Shown one piece after another: positions 58,652-64,000 of a stretch of DNA of 64,000 bases. The notes under the pieces are model-generated. The model was not told where the DNA came from. It was given only the letters and a program-made list of their open reading frames with translations, and made no database searches. Origin of the DNA: Histomonas meleagridis 2922-C6/04-290x (Eukaryota; Protista; Parabasalia); NCBI GenBank assembly GCA_020184695.1, contig JAANOX010000047.1:1-64000 (forward strand). Reading direction: 5' to 3'. Every line of letters begins with the position of its first letter. Position 1 is the first letter of the stretch. A program made the position numbers and the translations under genes.

Positions 58652-61600
58652 TTATGTGTAATTTGACCAATTTGATGACGTTTCAATTTTTGACAACGTA
58701 TCCTTTATATCATTGAAACACGTTGGCTTCAGAATGAAGTAACTAATTCCTGATTCCAAACAATTTGTATCCAATCGATTTGTCGATAGGCCCACGATAG
58801 GAATAGAAGCGTAAATTTTTGCTGAATTTCGAATAATTTTTACAGTTGGAATTCCATTAATAAATTGACCGCAATTATCGATGAACAATGCGTCGAAATG
58901 TTCTTGGTTCAAAAGGTTTAAAGCTTCTTCACCACTATTTACGAACATTATTTTACACCCCAAAGATTGGAACAATTTTTCCAATAAGAAGACATTTGAT
59001 TCTTTTTCGACAACGAATAAAATATTTCGTTTAATTGTAGCCTTATGCATCATTGAAGCGAAATATACTTCAGAACTTTGTTTATTGCTTTGAAGTTTCC
59101 TTCGAAGTTGTCCAATAATCAAAGGCTTAATTAAAGGCGTATAGAACATATTATTTTCTTTTTTCTTTGATTTTAATATTGGATCAACAACGACATAAAA
59201 ATATGTACGTGGACTTTGGATAACTATAGTTGATTGTATTTGTTCTATTCGTGGATCACCATTTTCGACAAAGATAAATGTTGGATTTAATGGATCGAAA
59301 ACAATTTCTTCGACTTTATCAAAGTTAACATATTCGATTTTATATCGATTTAATTCTTGAATGATTTGATAATATATTGATTTCTCTTTAATCGAGATGA
59401 AAGCAATTGATTTATCTTTAGTTAAAGGTTTAATTGTTTGTATTTGTTTAGTTGTGAAACATATTGTACATTTATTAGATTCATAATTAAAGACAAACCA
59501 ATGTTTTATATTAATTTTTCCATTATGATTATCATATGAATATATTGAACTTTTCGATGTATTTTCATCATTTGAATTTGAGTTCGAATTATTTGGCATT
59601 TCTTTTAATTTGGAATGATCAACTTTTTGGACATCTAATGAGTGTGTTCGAGGATTTTTATTATCAAAGAAATCACTACCTGATGAAGATTGATCTATAT
59701 GATATTCAGATCGATAAATCATTGAAGCATTTGATAATTTAATTTTTGGATGTGTAAAATGATAACGTTCATATCTTTCATTAGGTTCTTCAATATTAAT
59801 TTGTATTCCACCAAAATGTGGTATAAAGTGAGTGAATTCATTTGTTAATTTATCAGATGATATTATAACTTGTAAATAAGTTATATGCCATTCAAATGTT
59901 ATATTAATTTCTTTAGGATTATTATCAATTAATTTCCCTATGATTAAACATAATAATTTAAATATATCAACTATATTACCATGAATTATATCAGGGAAAT
60001 TACCACGGAAATAAACATTAAATTTAATATTTTTAGTTAAACAATATAAATAAAAACTTTGGAAAACTGGATCAAAATAATTAAAAATATTAAATTCGGA
60101 TTCTTGAAATACTTTTATAGTATTTAATGGATCAGTAAATTCTGTTAATAAATGATTCGATACATATTTAACAATTTCTAATATAGCAAATTGATATTGT
60201 TCAGTAGAATTTAATGATAATAAATCAACACATAATGAAATATCATTAAATAAATTTAACCAATTATGCATATTAGAATTATATCGAATTTCTGCTTCAT
60301 TTTGTTTAATGTTACATTGTTCGATTTTTTCAGATGCATTAATGTTTTCTTGATAAACATCGTTAACATCAAAACATAATCCAATTACTTTAGATGAAGT
60401 AGAACTTAATTTACCTTGAAGTTGTAAATGTAATGGACCTGAATTAGGGATTTCAATTGTAATACATTTATCAAAATCATTAAGTAATCGAATACATGAA
60501 TTCATTTCTTGTGTAAATCGTAATTTATCTTCTCCTTTTAAATATTTAGATACTACATACCAATTCATCTTAAATGTCGACTTAATTCCTGGTTCAAATA
60601 TTGGTTCAATAGGATCTCTATTATCTTCAAATGTCCATATCATTGCTTTAGCTGTTTTAATTGTGGAATCTTTCTTTCGATAACTTTGATATAGTTTTCT
60701 TTCATCTTCTTTTTCTTTTTGTAGATTTACCATTAAACAACATAACCAATTTAAATTTGTATGACCAATAAATATTCGAAACCATTGATAATATCCTCCA
60801 ACTTCTACAATCCTTAATTCCATTGAAAATGATTTAAGTTTTCCATCAAGTAATTTTAAGTAATTAATATAAAATGTATTCTTTTGATCAGAATGAACAA
60901 AATTAACAAACTTAGAAAAGTCTAAATCATTATCAGTACATAAAAATTGCCAAATCGTTGGTAAATTAAATAATGAATGAACTTTCTCATCAACTGGATT
61001 AACAGACCATATACAAAACAATTTTGAAAACACACTTTTTGTATTATGAATATTAAAATTATAATTATTATTACTAATTATATGTGCAGGCTTTGTTAAA
61101 TCATTTTTAATTTTAAATATAAATCCTATAGAACCATTACTGATAGCTCGATACATTTGTGATTCTCCATCACTAGATATTAAATTTAATAATATACCTC
61201 TTTTACCGACTTTAGTAAGATCATTTAATTTAGGTAAATCATTTGATGATATTAAATCTTTTAATGATTGAATATTAGTTTTACCTAATTGTTGTGCTAA
61301 TAAATCATTTTCTAATCGATAATTATCATTAACATTAAATTTATATATTCCAATTTCTTTCATTACTGAGTTAATATCTTCTTGGAAATCATGTAATTCT
61401 TTTTCTTCTTTTTTCATTGACGCTATATCTTCTATAAATAATGTAATAAGATTTTTACCTATCATTGGATCATATGAACAAATGGCTGTAGCTGAATAAT
61501 AACGATCTTCATATTCTTTAGACTTAAATAAGAATTGTTGAAATGATCCATGTGTTTCAATGATTTCTTTAATTTTTTTAATTAATGCTCTTAAGTTATG

Positions 61601-63214
61601 TCGATTATTAAATTCTTCATTAAGGAAATATTTTGGTGTAACTGGATTTAAGTTATATTTTGGTGAAATCTTATTTATAATAAATTGTTCGAAATCAGAA
61701 GTAAAATCTGCAAAGAAACATGAATTTAATGTTTTCATTAATTTCAAAAAATGTTTTAAGACTAAATTATTATGATAACAACAATAAATTCGATATATTA
61801 ATATACAACTTAAAAATGATATCGATGCAGTATTTGTTAATATCGTTGAATATGCTGGTATTGTTTTAACTGATATTATACATGTCATTGTAGAAAATGT
61901 AGCTGTAGCTCTACAAACATAACCATATGACCCATCTGGGAATAATGATTCAAGAAAGTAAAAGTTATTATCTTTTTGTAATCGTGATTTCATCTTTAAT
62001 ATATCTTCGTCATTTAAATCTGATACACCTGGCTTTACATAATGAATAATAATTTCACCTTTTTCATCAAGAAAAAATGCTCGATCTGCACTTAGACATT
62101 CACATAATAATGCAGCAGCTTTTGTAATGTTTTCTTTTAATAAATGTCCATCAAGTAAAATCTTGCCAAATGATATTAAATTATTTATCATAGTCGATGT
62201 AAAATTACCATATGGTTGATATGATAATGTTAATTCTGTTGGTATTTGTAATACTGCTCGAGAATTATCTGAAAATGAAACATGAATTAAATATGGACGA
62301 AGATCTCGAACATCTGTAAATTTAAAATGCGCATCTTTGACTTGAATAGATGGATCATCTGAACTAAAATCAATATCAAATGAAAAACTATCTTGTTCAG
62401 ATTCTTCATTCCAGAAAAACGTAAGAAGTAAATCATCCAAAAGTGGTATCGTTGCACAGCGCACAAACTCGGCTGAATGTGGTTTACGTATAAACTTAAT
62501 AACTGAGGCATATAATACATTGTTGTTAAGACGTGCATGGTATATAGTTTTATACGCATGATATTTCTCAAGTTTGGTTAATTCAGGATGATAAAAATCT
62601 TCTAAAAGTGGACTGTGTTTACGAGAAAATATAAGTGAGTTGAAATCTCCATGCATTAAAAATTTTGGTATGATTGAAATTAGTAAAGCAAAAAAGAATA
62701 AGAAACATAAAAAAATGACAAATGAATTTATACTTTGAGTAAGGGTTGGTGGACAAAAAATATACTTAACTTTATTAGGTATCTTGGAATAGACAAAATA
62801 TTTTATGTAAAGTTCTTCAGAAAAAGAATATGAAAAATTAACATTGTCATTTTCTAATGATAAAATCCGATATTTTGCAATTGGCTGGTCAGACATTACC
62901 AAGCTAACACCATTTTTTGTTAAATAATTAATAAGAGTATTAAATTTTAATGATGGAGAAATTGAATATTGGATGGATGAATTAGAGTTCTCCTTAATAA
63001 GCTTTACCTGGGGGTGTTTAGTTTGGTAGCTACATTGATAATGAAAACCTTTTGGAATCATGAAATTATTAAAGAATGAATCATCTACCAAAATAACATC
63101 AGGAGTTTGTGTGGTTTTCTTGCTGAATTCGGTTGGTGCCATTCCGATTACTGAAACAGATATGGACCTAATCCAAGGAGCGAAAATCAGAAAAAACAAA
63201 CCAAATTTAAACAT
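58652..63214 (-). CDS. Membrane sensor protein of hybrid histidine-kinase architecture with a degenerate kinase core and C-terminal receiver domain
   Basis: Signal-peptide-like MFKFGLFFLIFAPW from ATG 63214; TM segment VIFLCFLFFFALLISII; GAF/PAS-like middle. Receiver ILFVVE...SGEEAL...FDALFID...IPIVGLS...FILKP. Confidence 0.75.
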   Translation of the reverse strand: MFKFGLFFLIFAPWIRSISVSVIGMAPTEFSKKTTQTPDVILVDDSFFNNFMIPKGFHYQCSYQTKHPQVKLIKENSNSSIQYSISPSLKFNTLINYLTKNGVSLVMSDQPIAKYRILSLENDNVNFSYSFSEELYIKYFVYSKIPNKVKYIFCPPTLTQSINSFVIFLCFLFFFALLISIIPKFLMHGDFNSLIFSRKHSPLLEDFYHPELTKLEKYHAYKTIYHARLNNNVLYASVIKFIRKPHSAEFVRCATIPLLDDLLLTFFWNEESEQDSFSFDIDFSSDDPSIQVKDAHFKFTDVRDLRPYLIHVSFSDNSRAVLQIPTELTLSYQPYGNFTSTMINNLISFGKILLDGHLLKENITKAAALLCECLSADRAFFLDEKGEIIIHYVKPGVSDLNDEDILKMKSRLQKDNNFYFLESLFPDGSYGYVCRATATFSTMTCIISVKTIPAYSTILTNTASISFLSCILIYRIYCCYHNNLVLKHFLKLMKTLNSCFFADFTSDFEQFIINKISPKYNLNPVTPKYFLNEEFNNRHNLRALIKKIKEIIETHGSFQQFLFKSKEYEDRYYSATAICSYDPMIGKNLITLFIEDIASMKKEEKELHDFQEDINSVMKEIGIYKFNVNDNYRLENDLLAQQLGKTNIQSLKDLISSNDLPKLNDLTKVGKRGILLNLISSDGESQMYRAISNGSIGFIFKIKNDLTKPAHIISNNNYNFNIHNTKSVFSKLFCIWSVNPVDEKVHSLFNLPTIWQFLCTDNDLDFSKFVNFVHSDQKNTFYINYLKLLDGKLKSFSMELRIVEVGGYYQWFRIFIGHTNLNWLCCLMVNLQKEKEDERKLYQSYRKKDSTIKTAKAMIWTFEDNRDPIEPIFEPGIKSTFKMNWYVVSKYLKGEDKLRFTQEMNSCIRLLNDFDKCITIEIPNSGPLHLQLQGKLSSTSSKVIGLCFDVNDVYQENINASEKIEQCNIKQNEAEIRYNSNMHNWLNLFNDISLCVDLLSLNSTEQYQFAILEIVKYVSNHLLTEFTDPLNTIKVFQESEFNIFNYFDPVFQSFYLYCLTKNIKFNVYFRGNFPDIIHGNIVDIFKLLCLIIGKLIDNNPKEINITFEWHITYLQVIISSDKLTNEFTHFIPHFGGIQINIEEPNERYERYHFTHPKIKLSNASMIYRSEYHIDQSSSGSDFFDNKNPRTHSLDVQKVDHSKLKEMPNNSNSNSNDENTSKSSIYSYDNHNGKINIKHWFVFNYESNKCTICFTTKQIQTIKPLTKDKSIAFISIKEKSIYYQIIQELNRYKIEYVNFDKVEEIVFDPLNPTFIFVENGDPRIEQIQSTIVIQSPRTYFYVVVDPILKSKKKENNMFYTPLIKPLIIGQLRRKLQSNKQSSEVYFASMMHKATIKRNILFVVEKESNVFLLEKLFQSLGCKIMFVNSGEEALNLLNQEHFDALFIDNCGQFINGIPTVKIIRNSAKIYASIPIVGLSTNRLDTNCLESGISYFILKPTCFNDIKDTLSKIETSSNWSNYT

Positions 63215-64000
63215 ACCAGAAAAAGCCAGATAATCTCTTTGTATTGAAAAAGTGGATTGTTGGGTATTTGATTGGAATTGAAAGGATTTCCCGCATAAGT
63301 TCTGTGGGAATAGACGATAAAAGAAACCGTTCAAAACAAAATAAAAATATTTTTTGATATAATTAAAATTAATCTTATATAAAATAAAAGGATTTTGTAA
63401 TAATTTTGTGGAATTAAAATATTATCTTACAAATAACTTGACTAATGATCAAAAAAAACGAATTTATATTGATTATTATGAACGAAAATGTTGTAAAATG
63501 GTTTTAAATAAAAAACCGTGTTTTATTTTATAACAAGAAGTCATTCTTTCTTCATATAATTTGGATACCTTATATTAACTTAAACATACATAAATTTCAA
63601 CGACTTTATATTAATGTTTCATACCCTTTACTCCAATTGCACAAAAATATTAGTAAATAAACAGTAACAAGTTTTTTGGTGCTAACACATTCCTTACAAC
63701 TTTTTGAAATTACATTATTGAAAAAATCATAAAAATGTGATAAAGTTTCAACCGCCCAATCAAATGCAGTTTTACGACGATAAGGAGTTTTGCAAACTTT
63801 CCCAAATTATCTTATTGAAGAAAATGCTTTAGAAAAAGCATCAAAATATGTAGGCATGTTTGATACATTCTCTATTGATAAATGGATTGATAAAATTAGG
63901 AATTGTTCAAATGATATTTCATCTCAAAATTACGAATCTATCAGCAATTTTACAACCTATGTCGTAAAATGGAAAAACAGGGTGACCTTCGAACCATTTT

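Noticed and set aside
45166-63214. Cyclase, RasGEF and HK-like genes as a functional signalling cluster
   Set aside because: These are large gene families in parabasalids, the orientations are mixed, and unrelated genes intervene. Adjacency alone is not evidence.
63760-64000. Open frame running off the right edge
   Set aside because: Too short and without a recognisable motif to assign.

Overview
Eukaryotic, very AT-rich DNA, most consistent with a parabasalid protist (Trichomonas/Tritrichomonas/Histomonas-like). The evidence is Maverick and mariner relics, a BspA-like surface protein, a transmembrane adenylyl cyclase, TCATT initiator-like motifs and a ~25-nt intron; the species cannot be fixed without a search. 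Two transposon graveyards (~1-11.9 kb and ~29.7-41.4 kb) hold decayed Maverick, P-like, MULE, Tc1, mariner, Merlin, hAT and PIF/Harbinger remnants. They flank a 16.9-kb single-exon gene for a giant talin-like protein with five tandem FERM heads and a C-terminal I/LWEQ domain, which is the most striking feature here. The right third is gene-dense: M16C presequence protease, transmembrane adenylyl cyclase, bacterial-type iron-sulfur flavoprotein pseudogene, LisH-RasGEF, ankyrin protein, V-ATPase subunit A, BspA-like LRR protein and a degenerate hybrid histidine-kinase/receiver protein. No rRNA, tRNA or CRISPR array was recognised. All family assignments come from reading motifs by eye; no database searches were run.
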